From: Nitrosopumilus sp.
GTDB lineage: Archaea > Thermoproteota > Nitrososphaeria > Nitrososphaerales > Nitrosopumilaceae
Direction: 5' to 3'
Length of the DNA: 64,000 nt
NCBI GenBank assembly: GCA_965203315.1
Contig: OZ241857.1
Span: 608,001-672,000, forward strand
The position numbers and the translations under genes are program-made. The notes under the pieces are model-generated. The model made no database searches, was not told where the DNA came from, and was given only the letters and a program-made list of their open reading frames with translations. Below, piece by piece: positions 19,013 to 28,295 of this stretch. The stretch's first letter is position 1. Each line of letters starts with the position of its first letter.

Positions 19013-20242
19013 TCATGGTACCGGTGCTGACCTGAAAGCATTTTGTAGATCTGAAACAAAGTCTTGAATTAATCCAATTAGAGATTCTATCAGATCTGGT
19101 TCTGTCTGTGATTCATTATCTTGCGGGTTTGATCCTCGGGATGTATCGTTTAGAGTATCTGTGATGTCGTCAACTAGAATCAATGTATTGGATGAAACAT
19201 TAGTGACGTCGTTCATGGTATCTATCACAACTAGTACATCTGTTGTACCGTTAGGTAAAGTCTCTTCAGATATAGTTGATAGCTCGTCTGAAGAGATCAT
19301 GTCCAAAGATACATTAGATAAAGAGTCGTCCGACACATCTAGAGTATTGTTGTCCAAAGTATCATTAGAAATTAGAGATACAATATCTGTACCTATCTCA
19401 TTTGTTGTATCCGTGATATCATCTGTGATATCATTGTTATCGTCAAGATCATTAAATGTACCGTCAAAGATACTGTCAATAACAGACGTATCATCAAATA
19501 TTGGAATACTATCTGAGATATCTATACCACGTGTCAGAGATACCAGATCAAATGTAAACAACTGCCTATCTTGTATTGTTTGTGGAATGTACATCACACC
19601 CGATACGGGTAAACCAATGTCATCTTGGAACTGCAAATGCCCTGATATCAGCTCACCATCAAACGATACACGAAACTCTGCAATGTCGAATTCGGTATAC
19701 TCGTCAATTATCACTGGCGAGTATAGATGATTGGCAGGTATGTCATCACCAAGTCTTGGGTCGAGGCTAGAGATACGTGCATCATGGTATATCCAGAATA
19801 GGGTATTTGATAGGGTATCAGCTACATATCTAGAAGATAGTGATCGTACATCGTATGTTGTATCATCAATCAGTATGATATCGCCCATCATATCGCCTAT
19901 ATCGCCTATATCACCTGGCATATTATCCATCATATGGTCCAACACGTCATTCTGAATATGACTTTGTGTGTAATCTAGTGATATATCTGAGCCTATAGAG
20001 CTAGAGTTTGTTATGATTGTTTGTGCAATCCAGACGGTATTTGATCCAGATATGCCTGTATCCAGTATCAATAGTTGTAAGGTATAGCACAAGTGTAGTC
20101 TAGATATGTCACGATTTATTGTCCGATAGTCACATATATCGTACACATATACGTCACCTGGTACAAATCCTCCAAACTCCCAACCATGTACGTTTGGTAC
20201 AAAAAACATAACTAGAATTAGAGACAACAAGTAAATCTTCAT
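19013..20242 (-). CDS. Secreted acidic Asp/Thr/Ser-rich protein, unknown function
   Basis: Signal peptide MKIYLLSLILVMFFVPNVHG, low-complexity acidic C-terminal half with many N-x-T/S sites, and an internal GDI repeat. Confidence 0.7.
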   Translation of the reverse strand: MKIYLLSLILVMFFVPNVHGWEFGGFVPGDVYVYDICDYRTINRDISRLHLCYTLQLLILDTGISGSNTVWIAQTIITNSSSIGSDISLDYTQSHIQNDVLDHMMDNMPGDIGDIGDMMGDIILIDDTTYDVRSLSSRYVADTLSNTLFWIYHDARISSLDPRLGDDIPANHLYSPVIIDEYTEFDIAEFRVSFDGELISGHLQFQDDIGLPVSGVMYIPQTIQDRQLFTFDLVSLTRGIDISDSIPIFDDTSVIDSIFDGTFNDLDDNNDITDDITDTTNEIGTDIVSLISNDTLDNNTLDVSDDSLSNVSLDMISSDELSTISEETLPNGTTDVLVVIDTMNDVTNVSSNTLILVDDITDTLNDTSRGSNPQDNESQTEPDLIESLIGLIQDFVSDLQNAFRSAPVP

Positions 20243-20330
20243 TTATGATTCACTCTCCAGATAATCGATCTCGTGATGTTTTATATAATCAAAGAGCAGA
20301 TATTGATGTATATTACATATCACCAATTCT

Positions 20331-21578
20331 CTATTTTACTCCAAATGTGGCCAGTATCTTGGATACCAGCAAGATATCATTACCATCTCTGCCATAACAG
20401 ATCTCTGCATTTCTCTTGAGCTTGTTTTGTTTTTTGTTAAAATTTTTGTTATCACATTTATCAATCTCTACTAGATTACTACCGTTGCCATCACCATAAT
20501 GGTAAAATGGTACTTTGCCAATCTTGTCTACAAATCTTACATAGACCTCTTTGTTTAAGAATAATTTATCAGCGAGTTCGATATCTGGTGAGCCATTACA
20601 CCTAGCAGGATCATCTGATTCTCTAAACTGTATGTGTAATGTGGTATCATGCTGTACAGATATAGATGGGCTTGGACCTACGAGTAGATCACCAACATAA
20701 CAGTACGGATTACCTTGTGACACAAATGATTTACTAGTTATCTCTGTATCTCGAAATATTGTGATGAATGCCTTGTCGTTTATGTGATATCTAGTACCCT
20801 TGTCACCAAAATAATGAGTATCGATTCTTATCTTACTAGTAACGCCTGTGTACAGATCAATGGTTCTACCAGTAGTATCAAATTCCTCTGTTTTTGGTGG
20901 TTCTGTTACTCTTTTGGTTTGCGATGGTTTAGGTGTCTGTGGATTGGACGACATACTTGTAGGTACAGTTAGAGTTTCTAGATTGTTTGGTGGATCAGGC
21001 TGTACAGTTGGAGACTGTGTGTTCTCTGGACTGGTTGACATACTAGTGGATATACTAGGATCTGCACAAGGCGAAGGAAGCGGTACAGTATCTGGTACAC
21101 TGCCGTTCAATCTATGAATTTTTACATCAAGGATATTCCTAGCACCAGTTATCACTAGGATATTATCATGAATGAGACTATTTGGTATGCTACAAACTAG
21201 TTCTTGTGGTGCGTCTGGAGTTATTGTCGAATTAGTACAAGGGCACTCGTTACCATCTGCATCAATTACAGCAAGTATCTTACTGTCAGTAGTGCCATAG
21301 TTTGTCAAGACTAGACTCACATTGCCATTTACATGTCTGTCTGCAGATATGACATCGATCTTTTCGTTTAGAATCGCCAATCTAACCTCGTTTATTCTAC
21401 CTAGCGTCTCACTCATTACGCCGATATTCTCAGAGAATGCAGCTAGTAATCCAATTAGTAATACTCCAACAGCTGCAGATATCAACAAGAACTCGTTTGT
21501 AAAAGATACACCTGACAAAGGAGTCGACATCCTCTGCCAGATATATTGGTGCAATAACAATACGATACTAGTACACAT
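20331..21578 (-). CDS. Pilin-like protein with Pro/Ser/Thr linker and C-terminal domain
   Basis: SGVS followed by a hydrophobic helix, then NEKIDV...LTNYG...VITGARN (same pattern as 9285-12419) and a P/S/T-rich linker. True start probably at MSTPLS. Confidence 0.55.
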   Translation of the reverse strand: MCTSIVLLLHQYIWQRMSTPLSGVSFTNEFLLISAAVGVLLIGLLAAFSENIGVMSETLGRINEVRLAILNEKIDVISADRHVNGNVSLVLTNYGTTDSKILAVIDADGNECPCTNSTITPDAPQELVCSIPNSLIHDNILVITGARNILDVKIHRLNGSVPDTVPLPSPCADPSISTSMSTSPENTQSPTVQPDPPNNLETLTVPTSMSSNPQTPKPSQTKRVTEPPKTEEFDTTGRTIDLYTGVTSKIRIDTHYFGDKGTRYHINDKAFITIFRDTEITSKSFVSQGNPYCYVGDLLVGPSPSISVQHDTTLHIQFRESDDPARCNGSPDIELADKLFLNKEVYVRFVDKIGKVPFYHYGDGNGSNLVEIDKCDNKNFNKKQNKLKRNAEICYGRDGNDILLVSKILATFGVK

Positions 21579-21718
21579 TGTATTAACTGCGATATCAGAT
21601 GTGATCTATTCGATGATTGTTTTAAGAGATTACTCCGACATATGAGGGATTGATAGTTTTGTGCCTAACCATCACTAGTCTGCTAGATTCGACACAAGAT
21701 ACAGTATCAGATACAGTA

Positions 21719-22648
21719 CTAGCTAGTATCTACAAATATCAAGAAATTCTTGTTGTAGAGTCTACGCTTTAATGCAGACCAGTCATCGATATCCTTGGAT
21801 GATATTACAGTTGGTGGAGTCTCTGGAGTTATGTGTAGATGTTTCTTGTATTTGTCTGGAACATAATGTGGCTCTGACTTGTCCTCTCCTGATATCAGTA
21901 TGACGCCATCTTTCTCTTCTTTTAGTCCAACGTGGTTTGGCGTTATCACTATATCTGCATTACAATGTTCGCACTGATACTCTCGAATGTCATTTACTGC
22001 AGTACGTTCTTTCTTTACTTTTGGCCTCTCTGATTTGATAAGATCTAGTAGATTACCTGCGGGCCAATTAAATTTAGATTTTGTGGCATTAATCATGTCT
22101 TGTAGTTTTTTCATAATCATCTTTGTCTCTTGTGGCGTAGTTTTTTGTAAAATTTCAAATACTTTAACAGGAACTATTGTTTGTGCATCAAACGTATATG
22201 CCAGATGTATTATTCGCTCAAAGTCTTTAATGACGTGTGGTTTTGGATAATATGGATATAATCTAGCATACATTGAGTTTAGATGGAACGTCTTTGTAGT
22301 ATGTTCGATACCGTCTCTTTCTACATACGGTTTGATCAGTCTCAGCACAGTTACTGGATTTGGCAGTGGTTTTAGAGATAGTGTCATGTGGGATGTAAAG
22401 GTATCATGTTCCTTTAGTACAGCACAGTTTATCGTCTTTCTTCCTTTTGTTCTAGCTGCTACATATACCTCATATCTGTCGATCAACGTATACTTGCCTT
22501 TGGATTCAACTACAATTGGAAAGAACAATGCCTCAGACTCTGTTCCAAATGTATCTGCAATAGATTGTCGCTTTTGATCTGATACTACAGATATGACATC
22601 CTTTGGTATAGATATCTCGGATACCTTTAGTTTTTGAAACTTAGCCAA
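21719..22648 (-). CDS. ParB/Sulfiredoxin-like N-terminal domain protein with C-terminal CxxC motif
   Basis: LKVSEI...FPIVV...YTLIDRYEVYVAA...G.KTINCAV resembles the ParB-N fold, with a degenerate DGxxR motif. YQCEHC near the C-terminus. Overlaps the TFB-like gene. Confidence 0.55.
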   Translation of the reverse strand: MAKFQKLKVSEISIPKDVISVVSDQKRQSIADTFGTESEALFFPIVVESKGKYTLIDRYEVYVAARTKGRKTINCAVLKEHDTFTSHMTLSLKPLPNPVTVLRLIKPYVERDGIEHTTKTFHLNSMYARLYPYYPKPHVIKDFERIIHLAYTFDAQTIVPVKVFEILQKTTPQETKMIMKKLQDMINATKSKFNWPAGNLLDLIKSERPKVKKERTAVNDIREYQCEHCNADIVITPNHVGLKEEKDGVILISGEDKSEPHYVPDKYKKHLHITPETPPTVISSKDIDDWSALKRRLYNKNFLIFVDTS

Positions 22649-23291
22649 GACTACTCAAATACTCCTGTATTGTTTTTGCCCTCTTTTCTGCCTTGCCTGT
22701 GAATACATTCATCAGTTTGACAGCTGTGTGATGATATTTGGGCTCAACATGTTTACGAATGTAATAGTTGTCTGGAATCTGTATTGTATTTACTAGATTC
22801 ATATCTTGAGCAGTCGGCTTTATTGCGTATATTGCCTCACGCATGTTAAAGTATCTCTTTAGATTGAATCTAGCTCGTACTGTTTGGATTATCTCATCTC
22901 CATTACATATCGCCCCAGAATCTATACATGCTTGATGTATAGCAAATGCAGCTGTCTTGCCTGTGCCAAGTTTCTTTGGCAACAGTTTCCTAAAGATTAA
23001 CGTTGCTGATCTAGTTGTTATATCGTTTAGATTCAATACATTACAACACGCAACAAAATTGTTTAGGTACTGATTGTTATGTTGTATTATTTGTGAGGTC
23101 TTTGTTTTATTGACGTGTTGTAACTTTAGTTTTGGATCTATTAGATTCTTTGATCCTAGATTTGCTGTATCATATGCAGGACCGGTATCTGCTTGTTCAA
23201 TTGTATCGCATACGACACCACAGACACAAATTATCTCATGCTCGTCTGTTATTCTCTTTGTACTACCACATATTCGACAAGATTTTTCCAT
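22641..23291 (-). CDS. Truncated TFIIB/TFB-like protein (Zn ribbon + one cyclin-fold repeat)
   Basis: CRICGS...EIICVCGVV Zn ribbon. ACCNVLNL...SATLIFRK...TAAFAIHQAC matches the first cyclin repeat. Confidence 0.7.
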   Translation of the reverse strand: MEKSCRICGSTKRITDEHEIICVCGVVCDTIEQADTGPAYDTANLGSKNLIDPKLKLQHVNKTKTSQIIQHNNQYLNNFVACCNVLNLNDITTRSATLIFRKLLPKKLGTGKTAAFAIHQACIDSGAICNGDEIIQTVRARFNLKRYFNMREAIYAIKPTAQDMNLVNTIQIPDNYYIRKHVEPKYHHTAVKLMNVFTGKAEKRAKTIQEYLSSLG

Positions 23292-23555
23292 TATTGCACC
23301 ACAAATAATAGATCAGATTAGTATTTAATAATAGGTTTTATGCATGATTCTTGTCGTTTTAATTTATGTACTTTTAATTCTAGAAACATACTTTCTGATT
23401 GCAGATATCAAATAATTTGCCACACATGTTTATAAAAACAGTACTTGCATAATTAAATTGTCCAATGCGTCTTTTAAAAATGACGTACAATTACTCCTCA
23501 TTATTTAGTATTCCACAATACCGAATAATCGGGACTTGGTTATTTGTTGACATGT

Positions 23556-25028
23556 CTATTCTAGAAACTCGAATGTGTCTACAGTCTTGGTTGAACTGTT
23601 CATACGTTTCATAATTACCACTAAACATATTGCTATCACTATTACTAGTGCCAATATGCTTATAAAGATTAACTCCATGTTGTTTTCAACAGCAGATATA
23701 ATTGCAGTGTTGTTTGTAGAATTTGTTATGATATTTGAGATATTATCTTCCAGAGTATCATTTGTAGTAGCGTTTATGGTATTTGTAATAATAGTAGATA
23801 CTTCAGTAGGTGGCTCTTCTTTAGGGCACTCATCATCTAGCCATGTTTCATCTGCAAATTCAGAGTCATTGCAGGAAAAGTCATAGACTTGTGCAAGACC
23901 AGCTGTGTATAGTGACTCGTTTAGTAGAATATCGCCACACGTCACCATTGCTATGGTTCTGCCAAATTTGTCAGTAGGTTGATTATCATCTGGGTCTACC
24001 AAAACTCTCATGCCTACTGGACACGTCCTAGATGTGTGAGCAGTAGCTGTATCATAGTTATCACGTCCTTCGTTTGGAGTATCTGTTAGTGCCAATCTGA
24101 CATATTTTTCATCGACATAGAGGGTGTCACCATCTTCGATCTCTGTTACAATACCAGTCCAACACATTGAACAGCTGGTATCATATGTGTATTGTACTAT
24201 ATCGACACCGTCTGTATGGTCTGAGGGTATATCAGATATTGTGCCTGCTATGGTACTAGTCACGTTTGGGCTAGTGAGTTCTGCTGTTCGATATTGTAGT
24301 GTAGAGACTCGAACAATGTCTACGTGACCACCTATCCAGGGATGTATCAAGCATCGATAGTCGATCTCACCCGATCTAGTTGGAAAAACAATCCCATCAC
24401 CGTTTGGCAGTATTATGCCTGTATTTGCAGCACCTATACTCATCTGATGTGTACGATAATCATCATTCCAGAATCTCATCCCGAATGTAAGTGGAATTTT
24501 GGTATATGTAGGAGATAGACACTCATCAGATATGTTGATTCCAGATGTCTCACATCCAATTGCTGCGTTTCGTTTGATATCTAGATGTAACAATCCATCA
24601 TAGTCGCCTAGAAAAAAGTATGAAGTTAATTTACTATCTCTAAAATTTGTATCGTTGTATGAGTGTACTTGAACTGTATACAGTCCACTTGGTAGTTTAT
24701 CCGATATTACAATGAACGGATTTATGACTCCCTGTTTTGTAACTTTGAGCTGAGAGTTTTTTACTGTATTATCTGGATAGATTACCGTCATATTTGCACG
24801 AGTTGTAGATACGTGTCCGTTTATCTCGATTGTGTTTGATGAACCTTTCTTGCGTACTATATTATCTTGGATGTCAATCCAATCTGCAGATGCCAAGTTG
24901 GTGATTGAGATACTAAATAGCATTACACCAAAGACAAGAGCTAGTAAGCGATAATCAACAATAGAAAGACTAGAACTATTGATCATATTTATCAAGATGA
25001 GGAAATAGCGTACCATCACTTTGATCAC
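23556..25028 (-). CDS. Membrane-anchored cupredoxin + thermonuclease (SNase) fusion protein
   Basis: N-terminal signal/TM segment. FWNDD.RTH...YRCLIHPWIGG is a plastocyanin-like motif. IEDGDTL...VRLALTDTPNE...DKFGRTIA...LNESL..AGLA are SNase motifs. T/N-rich stalk and C-terminal TM helix. Confidence 0.82.
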   Translation of the reverse strand: MIKVMVRYFLILINMINSSSLSIVDYRLLALVFGVMLFSISITNLASADWIDIQDNIVRKKGSSNTIEINGHVSTTRANMTVIYPDNTVKNSQLKVTKQGVINPFIVISDKLPSGLYTVQVHSYNDTNFRDSKLTSYFFLGDYDGLLHLDIKRNAAIGCETSGINISDECLSPTYTKIPLTFGMRFWNDDYRTHQMSIGAANTGIILPNGDGIVFPTRSGEIDYRCLIHPWIGGHVDIVRVSTLQYRTAELTSPNVTSTIAGTISDIPSDHTDGVDIVQYTYDTSCSMCWTGIVTEIEDGDTLYVDEKYVRLALTDTPNEGRDNYDTATAHTSRTCPVGMRVLVDPDDNQPTDKFGRTIAMVTCGDILLNESLYTAGLAQVYDFSCNDSEFADETWLDDECPKEEPPTEVSTIITNTINATTNDTLEDNISNIITNSTNNTAIISAVENNMELIFISILALVIVIAICLVVIMKRMNSSTKTVDTFEFLE

Positions 25029-25833
25029 CGCTAGACATGACTGGACTTGCTGCAGTATCTAGACCCAAGATGTGTGGTTGTTCAGGGAACTTTACAAACG
25101 GTCTAATATCTTGCTCAGATAGTATAGTCTTTCTAGACTTTGGTTTAGACTTTACTGTTTTTTGTAGTATCTTTGTAGCAGCATCTAGATTCTTTTGCCT
25201 AGCTGTGAACACGCGACTTGTGATGAGATGATTTGGTTCTAGTGTATCACTTGTGTACGGTATAGTCTTTTCAAAGGGCTCGATGTCTGATATCTTTTTT
25301 ACTCCATAAAATATCTCTGCATAGTAAAATGATGTAGACTCTGCCTTTTGCTTGGCAAACTTTTCATATGGATCAACATGTACAGTATCTTGAGCTTTTT
25401 TACTCTTTTTTAGTAAGCTCTTGTATCTACGTGTTACGTGTTTGGAAGGAGCATGTCCTAGTTTGATACCAAATACGCCACAAGGCGCATCAGATATTAT
25501 AGAGTATACATCAGAGGATAGTTTGATATCAGGTACGAGTGGATAGACATAGTTCTTGGCAAGTTTTAGTGTAACGTATGCATCGAGTTTTGTAACTAGC
25601 GGATACTCGTTATGTACAATACCAAACGACTGTATTGACTCCATCATGCTTTGGTATATTTTTGGCACACGCATTGCAATAGTCATTCCACTAGACTGTA
25701 ACTTGAATATCAGAAACAAGATATCGGGTATATTTCTGCACAGCATGAGCAGATCCTCGTCTTTTGTATCATCATACTTTTCTCCAACAGCTGTGGAATA
25801 TGGTAATAGTTTGTACCAGATATACTCGATCAA
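24976..25833 (-). CDS. Hypothetical protein, possibly conjugation-associated
   Basis: Long ORF coupled to its neighbours. TLKLAKNYVYPL and ILSEQDIRPFVKFP loosely recall N-terminal domains of archaeal VirD4-associated proteins (from memory, unverified). Confidence 0.5.
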   Translation of the reverse strand: MIEYIWYKLLPYSTAVGEKYDDTKDEDLLMLCRNIPDILFLIFKLQSSGMTIAMRVPKIYQSMMESIQSFGIVHNEYPLVTKLDAYVTLKLAKNYVYPLVPDIKLSSDVYSIISDAPCGVFGIKLGHAPSKHVTRRYKSLLKKSKKAQDTVHVDPYEKFAKQKAESTSFYYAEIFYGVKKISDIEPFEKTIPYTSDTLEPNHLITSRVFTARQKNLDAATKILQKTVKSKPKSRKTILSEQDIRPFVKFPEQPHILGLDTAASPVMSSGDQSDGTLFPHLDKYDQ

Positions 25834-26471
25834 TGTTGTATCTCTGCATCACTGACAGAATCAGATTGATCTATGACCATTGGTTTGTTTTTTATGGTTG
25901 TGGCGTTATTTGCAGATGTATAGTCAAAACTAGATGGATCTACCCCTACCTCATCCTCGACATATATGATCAAATGTTCCAAGTCATCCCCAAGTGTATC
26001 TTTTATCATCTCTTCTGTCTCATCTGTGGTATGTATCATCCAATGTCTGTGACCAGTAATGACATATCCTTTATTGACTAGACGCGTCAGTGCGTTCCAT
26101 ACTGTTTGACGACTAAAATTAGATTTTGAACATACAAATTCATCATCTAGATGATATCTCCGATAGACATGTTCTCCACCACCAAATCGTCTATGAATTT
26201 GTAATACGCTGATCAGACGTGCCAGTATACACAATTCCAAGAAAGAGAGTCCAAGATCTGCTGCAGACAGCAACCATCTAGCATATATTGTAACTTTACC
26301 ATTCTTGATCAGATATTGGAAATTACCTTCTGGTAATGGGCCGTATTTTAACATTTTATAAATTGCTGATCCTTTGACTATTCTGGAGCTCTTCATATTG
26401 AATTTACTTTCACGTCTACGACGTATCGACAGTGTGTTCTTTACAAGCTCTTTACATGTGCCTCTAGGCAC
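25830..26471 (-). CDS. Winged helix-turn-helix protein
   Basis: LSFLELCIL...SNFSRQTVWNALTRLVNKGYV is a wHTH signature. Confidence 0.7.
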   Translation of the reverse strand: MPRGTCKELVKNTLSIRRRRESKFNMKSSRIVKGSAIYKMLKYGPLPEGNFQYLIKNGKVTIYARWLLSAADLGLSFLELCILARLISVLQIHRRFGGGEHVYRRYHLDDEFVCSKSNFSRQTVWNALTRLVNKGYVITGHRHWMIHTTDETEEMIKDTLGDDLEHLIIYVEDEVGVDPSSFDYTSANNATTIKNKPMVIDQSDSVSDAEIQH

Positions 26472-26547
26472 TCGTGCAGGTTTCAGTATATTACTGATTA
26501 TTTAGAAGACTTGTTGTCATTAGTGCCTACTTGCTGAATCTAGCCAG

Positions 26548-26883
26548 TCAATAGTTTAAGAGTTTTGATTCTAAATTCGATAAAGCACTCAGTGCCTCAT
26601 CTCTGTATTCTAAAGTTATTTCCAACTCTTCGTATCTAGCAACCATACTCGCTTCAAACAAAAAATCATAATTATTCATCAAATCCGAAAAATGTTTTTC
26701 AACCATTTTGTTTCGTACTGCATGATTGTTAGGTAATGCATGTCCATTTCTTTCAAAATGGTCGTCAACCAAATGCAATGCAGCATAAAATAATATGGTC
26801 ACTTGCCAATCATAAGAATTTGAGTCACTTTCATACAGATGATCAAATACCCTTTGTTGTGCTTGTATCTTTTGCAGTGCCAT
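26548..26883 (-). CDS. HEPN-like protein (putative toxin)
   Basis: YDWQVTILFYAALH...NHAVR...ASMVARY, a HEPN-type helical pattern. Confidence 0.7.
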   Translation of the reverse strand: MALQKIQAQQRVFDHLYESDSNSYDWQVTILFYAALHLVDDHFERNGHALPNNHAVRNKMVEKHFSDLMNNYDFLFEASMVARYEELEITLEYRDEALSALSNLESKLLNY

Positions 26884-26893
26884 GTCATGAGTG

Positions 26894-27298
26894 CTATTCT
26901 CTCTTAAAAACAGTGGTTGTGTTATCTAGACGCTTTGGTTTAATTTCAGATGTCTTGAAAAATAACATCTCCATATCAGAGTCTGGGAATTGATCTTTTA
27001 ATTCGCTATATTTTTTAAATATCGTCTTCACTGCAAAGCTAAAGTCATCATGCTCATAAATTACAATTAGTTTTATCACATTACAATGAAAATTGTTTTC
27101 ATAACATACCTGTTTTATGAAATCAAGATCAAACGCTTCAATAATTTTAGGCTTTATGCTGTCCATGCCTATGTCTTGCTGAGCGAGTCTGTTTACGCTA
27201 GTTTGCAGTTGATCCATACTAGTTTGTAGATGTTTGATGCGAGTCAACATTTCACTCATCTCTGATTTCTCTGCACGCTTTACTTGAACACTTGCCAT
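26894..27298 (-). CDS. Putative partner of the HEPN protein (degenerate minimal nucleotidyltransferase-like fold)
   Basis: Directly upstream of the HEPN gene. Short coiled coil followed by an alpha/beta region (IKLIVIYEHDD). Paralog at 63710-64000. Confidence 0.5.
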   Translation of the reverse strand: MASVQVKRAEKSEMSEMLTRIKHLQTSMDQLQTSVNRLAQQDIGMDSIKPKIIEAFDLDFIKQVCYENNFHCNVIKLIVIYEHDDFSFAVKTIFKKYSELKDQFPDSDMEMLFFKTSEIKPKRLDNTTTVFKRE

Positions 27299-28295
27299 TT
27301 TCAGTCACTCTAGTATCTGTTATTTGAGACATAAATCCTTTATGTACATGTAGGTTGTCTGTCAAACGGAATTATGTGAGAAAAATGCGGATATGTACTA
27401 GTCTAAATTTGAATACTGATCTTAGCTCAGATGGGGCAGATCTCGATATAGTATGGAAATGGTTATGTCACCTATAGGTACGTCTATTGGCATCTTTGGT
27501 TACTGGTTGCCAGGTTCCATCATCTCGCAGTGTGATGGACTTTAGTAATTTGTCATGAGGAAATTTCATGGTAAACTCTAACTTGATTTTTGATTCAGAG
27601 AATTCATCACGCTGCGGTTGATCGGCTATCTCTTCAGCTCGTTTTACTAGTTTGCGCATATGTTTGATGTATTTCTCTCTCTCAGGCGTATAGTTATGAT
27701 CTAGTTCTGCTTTACGTAGTTCTTCTTTGATATATGCCAAGGCATCATAACTACGAACAGCTTGATCTACTCCAACAGATTCTGAAGGATCCCAGTCAGT
27801 CGGTTCAAATTCTTTTGGTAATCCTTTAATGATCTTGTCGGATTCTGCTCCAACATAGACTAGTCGCTGAATCATTGCTATTGTCTTTTCTTCGGTCATT
27901 GTTTCAGTTGGATCATTTACTATGCCACTGTCCTTGTCTGTTGTTTTACGGTATCGATCTATGACCCATTCGATTGGAGTCCTGCCGTTTACTGTGTATT
28001 TTATTTCAGGTAGGTCAAAGACTTCGATGCCGTTTATGAATAGTCGAGTCTTGTCTGGAATCTTTTTACCGTTTTTTGTTACTTTGGGGAATGCCATCTT
28101 TACTAGCTTGCCAAACTTGGCTTTAGGTTTGAGCGGATATTTTTTACAGGTCTCGTAGTGTATATGTAGATCTGCTAGTTTACGTCCAGCTGTTTTGAAT
28201 GTATGGAAGTTTGGCGCCATTGGGATTCGTGGTAGTTCTTTGGATAGGTTGCTTGTGAATTTCTTTTTGTATTTTTCATGGTGTAACACACCATA

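Larger units (their letters stand above)
14575..19240. repeat. Tandem triplication of a unit of about 1445 bp (spacer + PIN gene + wHTH gene)
   Basis: Spacer sequence (tctgaaacaaagtcttgaattaatcc...gccgcaatcgaggcagtga...gttcatggtatctgtcgtaactg) recurs at about 14575, 16025 and 17470, and is homologous to the 3' end of gene 19013-20242. The third unit is 133 bp longer because of a MITE. Confidence 0.93.

Noticed and set aside
27415-27445. tagctcagatggggcaga resembles a tRNA D-arm
   Set aside because: No anticodon arm, T-arm or acceptor pairing follows, and it is too short to distinguish from chance.
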